64,000 bases of DNA. It comes from an uncultured virus (IMG/VR IMGVR_UViG_3300025326_000019). Its lineage: Duplodnaviria; Heunggongvirae; Uroviricota; Caudoviricetes. Each line of letters begins with the position of its first letter. Within the stretch, counting starts at the first letter, position 1. The translations under genes were made by a program, and so were the position numbers. Of the stretch, positions 29,705 to 37,616 are shown one piece after another. The notes under the pieces were generated by a model. It was not told the origin of the DNA and did not search any database. It saw nothing but the letters and a program-made list of their open reading frames with translations. Where the stretch lies: IMG/VR virus record IMGVR_UViG_3300025326_000019; one strand, written 5' to 3'.

Positions 29705-30336
29705 CGTTGGGTGCTGAGAAAAGAGCCACCAGGATTTGGGAAAAAACATGCCCAGCGTGTGGAGAATCTTTTGCTGTTGGCGGTGCATGTGGACCAATGA
29801 GAAAGAAAAAGTATTGTTCTGTGAGATGCGCGGGATTTTCCCCGTCCTTTTCTTCACCACGTGGGGCAATGCCGTTAGAGATGAAAAAGGAAGACGCTGC
29901 TTGGTTAGCAGGCCTGTTCGATGGCGAAGGTTGCGTGATCATCTACAAAAGCTCAAGTAAGTATTCAGTCCGATATGCTATGAAGATAACATTGTCCAAT
30001 ACGAACTCAGAAGCACTTGTAAGATGTAGGGATATTTCCGGGGTTGGCAATGTTGTTCTTGGCAGGGCAGGAACATATAAAAGTAAGCCGAGTTATTACT
30101 GGGTCGCCGGCAGTGAGACCGCTGCTGCTATTCTTCGTCAGATACTACAGTATTCTTTTATAAAGAAACCGCAGGTAGAACTTGCCCTGAAGTTTCAAGA
30201 AAAAATGCTGACTGCGTCTTTGAGGGCTCAGCTTGGATGGCAATTAGAGATGAAAAATGAGCTGCATTTGTTGAATTATCGTGGACCTCGTATTATAACG
30301 CAGCGTCTTGGTCGCCCGAAGACAGAGGCTGTGTAA
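29701..30336 (+). CDS. free-standing LAGLIDADG homing endonuclease
   Basis: AWLAGLFDGEG, LSNTN, ILRQILQYSFIKKPQ; N-terminal Zn finger. Confidence 0.9.
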   Translation: MTLGAEKRATRIWEKTCPACGESFAVGGACGPMRKKKYCSVRCAGFSPSFSSPRGAMPLEMKKEDAAWLAGLFDGEGCVIIYKSSSKYSVRYAMKITLSNTNSEALVRCRDISGVGNVVLGRAGTYKSKPSYYWVAGSETAAAILRQILQYSFIKKPQVELALKFQEKMLTASLRAQLGWQLEMKNELHLLNYRGPRIITQRLGRPKTEAV

Positions 30337-31013
30337 TGCTACCCATCGTTATGCCGTGTGTGAATTGCGTTTCTTATAGTAAGCAAGCGGTCGCGTCCGC
30401 GCATCCTCGCAGCGATCTCTACTTCATCGACAACGCCTCGACAGACGGCACGCGCGAGTGGGCGCAGGCAGAGGCCAACGCTGGCAGACTTCGATATCTG
30501 CCCCAGAGGTATAATCTTGGCGTGGCGGCATCCTGGAACCTCGGGATCCGAAAAGCCTTTGCTGACGGCCATGACAGCGTACTAGTGAGCAATAACGATG
30601 TTGTGTACGACGTGGATACGATCCCGAACCTCGAGCGCTGGCACGAGGAGACAGGGGGCTTTATCACCGTCCACTCGGTCGCGTACCTTGAAACGCTGCT
30701 GAAGCAAGCGCGGCGGCATGTGCTGGAGCAGCCACCGGATTTCGCGGGCTTTGTTATCTCACGGAAAATATTTGAGATGATTGGTCCGTTCGATGAAGGA
30801 TTCCGTCAAGCGTATTTCGAAGATCTGGATTATGTCATCCGCATGAAAGACGCTGATATAGTTTACGGCCGTGCTATGAACTCCTTAGTGCTTCATTACC
30901 ACTCGAGAACTGTACACGAGGGGGGAGTGAAGGCTTTCCCTCAGCAAGAGTTAAATCGTCGTCGCTTCATTGCCAAGTGGGGGCAACAGCGGCTACAGGA
31001 AGTCGGGCAATAG
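30336..31013 (+). CDS. glycosyltransferase family 2
   Basis: IDNASTDGT, NLGVAASWNLG, SNNDV, IGPFDEGF..AYFEDLD. Confidence 0.9.
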   Translation: MLPIVMPCVNCVSYSKQAVASAHPRSDLYFIDNASTDGTREWAQAEANAGRLRYLPQRYNLGVAASWNLGIRKAFADGHDSVLVSNNDVVYDVDTIPNLERWHEETGGFITVHSVAYLETLLKQARRHVLEQPPDFAGFVISRKIFEMIGPFDEGFRQAYFEDLDYVIRMKDADIVYGRAMNSLVLHYHSRTVHEGGVKAFPQQELNRRRFIAKWGQQRLQEVGQ

Positions 31014-31029
31014 TCAATCAAAGGAGGAC

Positions 31030-31257
31030 ATGGTAATGGGATCTAGGGGTGCATTCTACCGTACTCATGTCTGTCCCGGAGGAGAGAAGCCACCGGACAC
31101 ACGAGCGATGATCGTTGCAGTTGATAAAGATAACGCGTTGATTGCGAACGTCCACGTTGGGTGGTATCTCCAGCTTGACGTAGATTGCTACGATTGGATA
31201 TCAACCGTGCACGTGTCGATCGTGTTCTGTCCGTGGTGTCGGGTCACGCTCGAATGA
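31030..31257 (+). CDS. hypothetical protein (FCPWC)
   Basis: AAGGAGG RBS. Confidence 0.55.
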   Translation: MVMGSRGAFYRTHVCPGGEKPPDTRAMIVAVDKDNALIANVHVGWYLQLDVDCYDWISTVHVSIVFCPWCRVTLE

Positions 31258-31418
31258 AAGATATTCCGTCTGACTGGATCCGAGACTATGTGGACAAGTT
31301 ACTCACACTAGCTGGTCAGTTGCCGGAAGATGGGAAGATGCGCGAGGCTATGTTGCGAAACGTAGATTGTATTATGAATATGGTACAGGCGTGGAAAGAT
31401 ACTAAGGAGACGCAATGA
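31254..31418 (+). CDS. hypothetical protein
   Basis: ATGA overlaps at both ends. Confidence 0.5.
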   Translation: MKDIPSDWIRDYVDKLLTLAGQLPEDGKMREAMLRNVDCIMNMVQAWKDTKETQ

Positions 31419-31729
31419 ACACTATATCAAACTATCGCTTCGACGGTGTCAAGACTGAGCCAGTGTATTTCTGCCGTTGTGGTGTTGAGCACACAGGAGA
31501 TTACGCAATCTACGATTTCGGACATCATATGTGCTTTCACGATGGACCACTGTGGGATATCGGCTTAGGTCAATTTGTCTGCTCGGAGTGTGGGAAAGAT
31601 TTCAGAGTTGAGGAGATGCGCTCAGAATATGATATTCGTCAAGGTGTACGAAGGAAGTATACTACCCGTTATCAGAAGCTCTCGTGGTGGCAGGAAATAG
31701 TCTTGTATCTGCAGGCGCTCTACCGATGA
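31415..31729 (+). CDS. hypothetical Zn-binding protein
   Basis: AAGGAG RBS; CRCG..H, H.CFH, CSECG. Confidence 0.55.
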   Translation: MNTISNYRFDGVKTEPVYFCRCGVEHTGDYAIYDFGHHMCFHDGPLWDIGLGQFVCSECGKDFRVEEMRSEYDIRQGVRRKYTTRYQKLSWWQEIVLYLQALYR

Positions 31730-32838
31730 TCCGCGTGGGGTATTCGTCGTTTCTAGCTGACAGTTCGGGCATGGGGGAAGCGGCTCGTCGAGTACTGACT
31801 GCGTTGTCACTTCTTGACGACGTCGAAGTCGGTCCAGCGATCCTCAAGGGCGGGAAGCGAATCATCAGTGACGGGGGCTGGCAAGTGCCGATCACGCCAG
31901 CGCTCAAAGCATTCATCGACTACGATCTCTCTGGCCCAGCCGACGTTCATATGATCCACTGCGCTGCGATGGATTTCGATAAGTTTCGGCCACCGTTCAT
32001 GACAGCGAAGCGGATCGGCATGACTTGTGTAGAGGTCGATCGCCTACACCGTATCCAGATCGAAGGCTGTAAGTTCGTCGATCAGGTACTCGTACCATCC
32101 AAACACAACCAGGAGGTCTTCGAACGAGCTGGCATAGCGACGACCGTGGTCCCGTATCCGCTGGTCATGCCACCGTATACAGATGAACGGAACATCCCGA
32201 ACCGGCAGGCAATCGTCGGGGTCTTCGATAGCTCGTACGTATTTTATTGTGTAACCACCCTCCAAGAGCGCAAGAATATCATGGGTCTCGTGACCGCGTT
32301 CCTCCATGCCTTTACGTGGCAGGATGACGTCGCGCTCCTGATCAAGGTTGCTGGTGTGGATCCTCAGCAGGCTGTCAAGGACGCCGCTCTTTTCGTCGGA
32401 GCTTTGTGCACGGACATGCAGATCCAGGATCCGCCAAAGATCCGTCTGCTCGGCGGGGAATGGACGGATCCCATGCTCTGGGGCCTCCATGCTCGAGGGG
32501 ACTGCTACGTGTCCTTATCCCGTGGGGAGGCCTTCGGAATTCCTTTGTTGGATGCCGCCGCCATGGGGAACCAGGTCATCGCGGTGCCGTACGGTGGCCA
32601 CGTGGACTTCTTGCCGGCTGAAAACACGCATTGGGTGAAATATAGGATGACGCCAGTTGTCCAGAGATACCCACATTTCAATGGCCAGCAACTCTGGGCC
32701 GACGCCGACATCCTTCAGGCCGCCAACCTCATGAAGGAGATCGCCAAGAAAGGACGAGGGCCGAAAGCTCTACCGAACCTCACAGCATTTTCTACTATAA
32801 AAATCGCGGAGTTACTGCACAAGGTGCTTACTGAATGA
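31726..32838 (+). CDS. glycosyltransferase family 4 (GT-B)
   Basis: SGMGEAAR, VPSKHN, ERKNI, SRGEAFGIPLLDA. Confidence 0.9.
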   Translation: MIRVGYSSFLADSSGMGEAARRVLTALSLLDDVEVGPAILKGGKRIISDGGWQVPITPALKAFIDYDLSGPADVHMIHCAAMDFDKFRPPFMTAKRIGMTCVEVDRLHRIQIEGCKFVDQVLVPSKHNQEVFERAGIATTVVPYPLVMPPYTDERNIPNRQAIVGVFDSSYVFYCVTTLQERKNIMGLVTAFLHAFTWQDDVALLIKVAGVDPQQAVKDAALFVGALCTDMQIQDPPKIRLLGGEWTDPMLWGLHARGDCYVSLSRGEAFGIPLLDAAAMGNQVIAVPYGGHVDFLPAENTHWVKYRMTPVVQRYPHFNGQQLWADADILQAANLMKEIAKKGRGPKALPNLTAFSTIKIAELLHKVLTE

Positions 32839-32865
32839 CTCGACATGTGTTGAGATAAACCACTC

Positions 32866-33111
32866 ATGAGTATGCCAATCCAGCGATTGTTTTACCGTGT
32901 CGAAGAGGTGGCGACACTCCTTGAAATTTCGGTTCGAACGGCGTACCGCGCGATTGAAAAGGGAGACATTCCGAGCACGCGAGTACGCGGGTCACTGCGC
33001 ATTCCCATAGCGGAGTTTCACATACGGTTTGGGCTGTCTGGAACTGTCGCATCGACGTCGACGGACCGTTGCGCAGACCTGTCATGGATGACAAAGAAAA
33101 GAAAGGCCTGA
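32866..33111 (+). CDS. excisionase-like helix-turn-helix (HTH_17) DNA-binding protein
   Basis: YRVEEVATLLEISVRTAYRAIEKGDIPSTRVRGSLRIP. Confidence 0.85.
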   Translation: MSMPIQRLFYRVEEVATLLEISVRTAYRAIEKGDIPSTRVRGSLRIPIAEFHIRFGLSGTVASTSTDRCADLSWMTKKRKA

Positions 33112-33123
33112 TCTGACGCAGAC

Positions 33124-33153
33124 TTGACGTACAGGCGTTCATCTTGGTAGTGT
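33124..33153 (+). promoter_or_regulatory. sigma70-type promoter
   Basis: TTGACG-18 nt-TAGTGT with TG extension, in a rare intergenic gap 9 nt before ATG 33163. Confidence 0.5.
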
Positions 33154-33162
33154 TGTGGCGAA

Positions 33163-33351
33163 ATGGACACACCACAGGTAGTGCCATTGAGCGGATTCAA
33201 GCCTAACGCACAACACCCGGTCGTAGCTGCACCTCCTGTTGAACTCACTCCCGATCAGCTCCCAATGCGGATCAATTTCAAGGGACGGAAGTATGTTCTG
33301 CTGATGACAAAAAATATGAGGTTGGTCATGAATGGAGTCACTGACGAGTAA
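33163..33351 (+). CDS. HemP-like small protein
   Basis: RINFKGRKYVLLMTKNMRLVMN matches the HemP I...G..Y.L..T+..+L+L pattern. Confidence 0.5.
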   Translation: MDTPQVVPLSGFKPNAQHPVVAAPPVELTPDQLPMRINFKGRKYVLLMTKNMRLVMNGVTDE

Positions 33352-33401
33352 CTAATACTCCGGCCTTGCGCCGGTTGACATTCCACCAAGCGAGCGAGCC
33401 T

Positions 33402-33436
33402 AAAGCCAGCGAGCCCTCAGAGTCGTTGGCTTTTTT
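33402..33436 (+). terminator. intrinsic terminator
   Basis: AGCCAGCGA / TCGTTGGCT stem followed by a T run. Confidence 0.7.
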
Positions 33437-33469
33437 GCTGTGCACGTTCGAACGCGGGAGGGACGATAG

Positions 33470-33769
33470 ATGGCAAATCAGTTGATCTGGATCATCATCG
33501 TTCTGGCGGTCCTTGCCGGCTTTGCATGGTTCGCAAAATGGATCATCGAGGGATTCTTCCCAGAGCCCATGCGGACGCCTGCCCTCATCCTCGTCGGCGT
33601 TGTTCTGTTGATCTTCCTCATTATCGCGGCCTCACAACTTCTCGGTGGCGGCTCAACGATTGGGCCATTCAAATTCGGCCGCGCTGCAGTTATCGAAGAA
33701 CCATCAGGGCACACACACCTCACCGCGTGCTGCATCAAGCCGCATCGGCGTGATATGGCGGCGATCTAG
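33470..33769 (+). CDS. small membrane protein with 2 TM helices (holin-like possible)
   Basis: Two long hydrophobic stretches; GGGAGG RBS. Confidence 0.65.
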   Translation: MANQLIWIIIVLAVLAGFAWFAKWIIEGFFPEPMRTPALILVGVVLLIFLIIAASQLLGGGSTIGPFKFGRAAVIEEPSGHTHLTACCIKPHRRDMAAI

Positions 33770-33777
33770 ATGTTCTC

Positions 33778-35679
33778 TTGCAGTGTGAATCAGTTATGGA
33801 GAGCGGTCGCATGGTGAAATATCACACGGCGACGATGAGCCACGAGCAGATCCGTTCGACGGTTCAACGTGCACTCGATACAAAGTATCCGGGACCGATG
33901 CCAGAACCCATGGATTACGCTTCCATGCCGTGGGCCATGGAGGTTTACGACGGTCACGTGATCCATTCCGGTGGTCCAGGGAAAGGTCTGTATAAGCAGA
34001 AATATAAACTCGGCAAAAACGGCGAATGTGAATTGCTAGGTGAACCGGAAGAGGTCGAGCCTGGCTATGTTACCAAGGTGGGGATGCAGTTAGCAGCGGC
34101 AAAAGTTACAACCGGGGACGAAGCGGACGCCCAGGCGCTAATGGCCGAGTTGTGCGAAAAAAATCCGCTCATGGCGTCCATCAAGGATTCTCCGAACACC
34201 CATCTGGTCATTTTCGATCTAACGTCCATCGGCAAGCCGAGCAATCACGAGGGTGAGTTCCATTATCAATTGGCGAAGGCCGGGTTGAAGGCGGCACTGC
34301 CCACGCTGATCAGCAAGCCTATTCACGTGACGGAGGGTTTCGACGGGCACTTTACGGCTGGGAAGGACCCCGTGGCGATTGGCGTGTTTCTGGGCGGCGT
34401 GGTCATTGACCAAGCCGATGGGTCTCAGATTCTTCGCGCAGTTGGCACGCTCTGGGACAATGATTTCCCGGATATCGTCAACGAGATCAAAGAGAAGCGT
34501 GCGGATCTCGGTGCCAGTTATGAAATCGCCTACCTCGCTGCCAGCGCGTCCCGCTTAGGAGGCAAGGTGATCGAGATCGGGCAATACGAGTTCTCCGGTG
34601 GGGCGCTTCTCTACAAATCTGCAGCGGCACATCACGAGACGCAATTGCTGATGGCGGATAAGGATGTTAGTCAGGCTTTCGATGTGCTGGACGACGAGCA
34701 GTACCCGCGGCTCCTTGCGTATCTCCGCGGTGGCACCAGCTTTACGCAGGCCGACACGTTGTCCTACAAGGCCCGTGAGAATCTGTCGGACAAGGATTTT
34801 GCGCTAATCCAGCACGTCGATGGCCGTACGATTCGGCGGTTTCCGTTGCAGGACGAAGCACATCGCAAGAATGCATGGGCGCGATTGTCTCAGGCGAAGA
34901 ACCTCTCCGACGCGGAACGCTCGGAGGTGGCAAACAAGATCATCTCGCGTGCGAAGGCAGCTGGGGATGACTGGGCAAAGCCGTACACGAAGTCCGGTGG
35001 TGACTGGACGAAGGGCACTCAGACCAAAGGAGGAGCATCCATGAAGTACAAGGGCATTCCGGAAGAGCTGGAGGCGGCGGTCGAGGCCCTGCTCAAGGAC
35101 GCCACGGCCACAGTGACAGCGGAGTTCACCGACAAGATCGCAGCGCTCGAGGCCAAGCAGGCTAAGGCATTGGCGGCGATGGACGGTGAAGACGACAAGG
35201 ACATGGAAAAGATGATGAAGAAGAAGATGGCGGAGACGACAGCCGAACTTGAGCGGATCAAGCCGTTCGAGGCCAAGGTCACGGAATTGACGGCTGCGCT
35301 GGACGTCACCAAGGACCAGTTGACAACTGAACTCAGCAAGACGACAGAGGAACTTGCGACCGCACGGGCGGAACTCGACAAGCTCGCTGGTGAGCAGAAG
35401 TTGGCTGCCACGATTGCCGCGCTCAAGGCCGACTATGGCTTGACCGACGAGCAGCTGAAGGAAGAAAAGCGTGCGGTCATCGTCGCCAAGCAGGCTGCCG
35501 GCAAGGAGCCGCTCACGATCGAGGAGTGGAAGCAGTTGATGACCGGCGCGCAAGTCCCTGGCGTTGCCGGAACCCGTGTGCCGTTGTTCGCGGGCGGTGG
35601 AGACCCGGGCCAGCAGGCGCCGGATTTGAAGGCGATTTCGAAGAATTTCCCCAACGCGACCAAAAAGGTGTTCAGGTAA
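33778..35679 (+). CDS. prohead protease/scaffold fusion (exact start uncertain)
   Basis: Protease-like core (GASYEI, FSGGALL), a DUF6582-like segment (LSDKDFA...RFPLQD..H..NAWARL) and a coiled-coil C-terminus; upstream of the decoration and capsid genes. Confidence 0.75.
   Translation: MQCESVMESGRMVKYHTATMSHEQIRSTVQRALDTKYPGPMPEPMDYASMPWAMEVYDGHVIHSGGPGKGLYKQKYKLGKNGECELLGEPEEVEPGYVTKVGMQLAAAKVTTGDEADAQALMAELCEKNPLMASIKDSPNTHLVIFDLTSIGKPSNHEGEFHYQLAKAGLKAALPTLISKPIHVTEGFDGHFTAGKDPVAIGVFLGGVVIDQADGSQILRAVGTLWDNDFPDIVNEIKEKRADLGASYEIAYLAASASRLGGKVIEIGQYEFSGGALLYKSAAAHHETQLLMADKDVSQAFDVLDDEQYPRLLAYLRGGTSFTQADTLSYKARENLSDKDFALIQHVDGRTIRRFPLQDEAHRKNAWARLSQAKNLSDAERSEVANKIISRAKAAGDDWAKPYTKSGGDWTKGTQTKGGASMKYKGIPEELEAAVEALLKDATATVTAEFTDKIAALEAKQAKALAAMDGEDDKDMEKMMKKKMAETTAELERIKPFEAKVTELTAALDVTKDQLTTELSKTTEELATARAELDKLAGEQKLAATIAALKADYGLTDEQLKEEKRAVIVAKQAAGKEPLTIEEWKQLMTGAQVPGVAGTRVPLFAGGGDPGQQAPDLKAISKNFPNATKKVFR
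35041..35679 (+). CDS. nested in-frame scaffold protein (212 aa, internal start)
   Basis: AAAGGAGG RBS 7 nt before an in-frame ATG at the start of the coiled coil. Confidence 0.65.
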   Translation: MKYKGIPEELEAAVEALLKDATATVTAEFTDKIAALEAKQAKALAAMDGEDDKDMEKMMKKKMAETTAELERIKPFEAKVTELTAALDVTKDQLTTELSKTTEELATARAELDKLAGEQKLAATIAALKADYGLTDEQLKEEKRAVIVAKQAAGKEPLTIEEWKQLMTGAQVPGVAGTRVPLFAGGGDPGQQAPDLKAISKNFPNATKKVFR

Positions 35680-35708
35680 TCCCACGCACACAGGAGGAGT
35701 GATGAATC

Positions 35709-36137
35709 ATGGCGAAGAAAATCGCAGCCTATAACACAAACTCCGTTATCGGGGCGCCGATCAAGGCGGCCGCGGCATCGACCATTCTTCAGGGAGTCTT
35801 CGTTGGGCTGGATGGGTCCGGCCTAATCCTCCCGGCGGATATGCGGTCCTCGGCCGGTCCGGTGCAGGCTCGGGGTGCGGCGCTACAAGATGCGCAGATG
35901 AAGGATCCGAAGGGTAACGTGTTGGATACGATCGTGCAGGGTTCCTACACATTCGAAGGCAAAATCGCGGGGTTGTCCGGTCTCACGTCCGGCGCAACCT
36001 ATTACCTGCTCTCTGGTGGTGCCATTCAATCAACGGCTCCTGCATCGGCGACGGGCGATATCGACCAGGAAGTCGGCTACGCACTCGACGACACAACCTT
36101 GGTCATCATGATCGGACCAGCTGTCATCCACGCCTAA
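35709..36137 (+). CDS. capsid decoration/cement protein
   Basis: 142 aa between scaffold and capsid genes; GLTSGATYYL...Q.VGYA. Confidence 0.75.
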   Translation: MAKKIAAYNTNSVIGAPIKAAAASTILQGVFVGLDGSGLILPADMRSSAGPVQARGAALQDAQMKDPKGNVLDTIVQGSYTFEGKIAGLSGLTSGATYYLLSGGAIQSTAPASATGDIDQEVGYALDDTTLVIMIGPAVIHA

Positions 36138-36169
36138 TGGCGTTGGCTGAGAAAGGGAGGAACTGAGCA

Positions 36170-37189
36170 ATGCCAAAAGGATATGTCACATCTGACATGA
36201 TCGACCTCAATGAGCTGTGGTATGCAGGCGGTGGTATCGCCGCTGCCGTCGATCAGTATCAAGCGGTCGAGATGCCGCTACTAAACGCACTCGCATTGCC
36301 GTGGCCGGAAAACATCATGAAGTACGGCATCAGCGAACGGAACGGATTCCAGGTCCTCGGGCCTGGGGAACGGCCAGACCGCAAGTACGTCGTAGAAGCG
36401 ACGATGTACCCCGTCGTGACGAAGTATGGCTACGGCGTGGGGACGGATCTCGATACCCTGCAACGCTCCAGCGCGCGGCAGATCATGCTCGCCATGAACC
36501 GGCCGATGCTGGAGGATCCTGAGCACATCCTGACGCGCATTCTCAAACTTCTAATGACGAACCCAGGTACCAGTAATGCTGGGTACGGATTCTGGAACGG
36601 GCAGTACGCGGCAGAGGAAATTATCACGCATCCGCCGGCCTATCAACAGCAGACGTTTGCGGCTGGCCACAACCACTTCTTGGTGTCGCTCACGGCCAGC
36701 ACACTCGTGCTCAAAGACATCACCGCGATGAAGCAGACAATCCGGCATCACGGGGCCAAGGGCACACTGCTTGGTTTCATCAATTCCGATACCGCGATGG
36801 CGATCGAGAACCTTGCGCTCTTTACCGTCGGCAGCACGGCGCTGGTGCGTTCGCCTGTATCGGATACCGTTGCGGTCGACGGCTTCGGGGAAAGCTTCAG
36901 GCTGCTCGGTGTCGACTGGTACGTCACGGAACTCGTGCCGGCCAACTACGTCCTCATGGTCGAAGGCAATTCTGCCGAGACTGAGCGGCCGTTGATCATG
37001 TACGAGCCCGCCGCGATGCGGGGGCTCAGGCTGCATCCAGGGCCGATGAACGACTATCCGCTCATCGAGTCCTTCTGGGATCGGTGGTTTGGATTCAAGG
37101 TCGCCAGGCGCGGTTCCGGTGCTGCGCTCTGGTTTGGTGCGCACGTCGGGACGTATACGTCGCCGACATTCTCGTTCACGGCGTCGTAA
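36170..37189 (+). CDS. major capsid protein
   Basis: 339 aa; position after scaffold and decoration genes; strong RBS; downstream hairpin. Confidence 0.8.
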   Translation: MPKGYVTSDMIDLNELWYAGGGIAAAVDQYQAVEMPLLNALALPWPENIMKYGISERNGFQVLGPGERPDRKYVVEATMYPVVTKYGYGVGTDLDTLQRSSARQIMLAMNRPMLEDPEHILTRILKLLMTNPGTSNAGYGFWNGQYAAEEIITHPPAYQQQTFAAGHNHFLVSLTASTLVLKDITAMKQTIRHHGAKGTLLGFINSDTAMAIENLALFTVGSTALVRSPVSDTVAVDGFGESFRLLGVDWYVTELVPANYVLMVEGNSAETERPLIMYEPAAMRGLRLHPGPMNDYPLIESFWDRWFGFKVARRGSGAALWFGAHVGTYTSPTFSFTAS

Positions 37190-37204
37190 GGACTGACAAC
37201 GGAT

Positions 37205-37231
37205 GCCCCGGCGTGAGTAATCCGCCGGGGC
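37205..37231 (+). terminator. GC hairpin after the capsid gene (terminator or mRNA stabiliser; no U tract)
   Basis: GCCCCGGCG / CGCCGGGGC perfect 9-bp stem. Confidence 0.55.
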
Positions 37232-37265
37232 CGTAAGATCAATCAAGCAATGAGAGGAGTGTGCG

Positions 37266-37616
37266 ATGAGAACACATCAGAGGGAGAGGGTGAAGGAGCA
37301 TCTGATCGATCCGCGTCAATGGCGTGTCATCGGTCAATTGCGGCACCATGACGTGACGTACGGCACGGCAGAACCGCTGCCGGATATCACGGTGACTGAA
37401 GCGGCGCTGTACGAAAAGCAAGGCACATTGATGCGGGTGAGCGATACGGCACTCGCAGAATCATATCTTGAAGGGCCTGATGTGGCGGTGCTGCAGACTG
37501 TGCTCGACAAGAAACCGGATGAACGAGTGCTGAATCAGATGCTTACACTGGCGCAAAGGAATTCGCGATCCAAGGTGCTTGAATTGGCGCTGACCATTGC
37601 CAGGGGGAGTGCATAG
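37266..37616 (+). CDS. hypothetical protein
   Basis: GAGGAG RBS. Confidence 0.6.
   Translation: MRTHQRERVKEHLIDPRQWRVIGQLRHHDVTYGTAEPLPDITVTEAALYEKQGTLMRVSDTALAESYLEGPDVAVLQTVLDKKPDERVLNQMLTLAQRNSRSKVLELALTIARGSA

Noticed and set aside
33375..33406. TTGACA as a second promoter
   Set aside because: No good -10 box at 16-18 nt spacing
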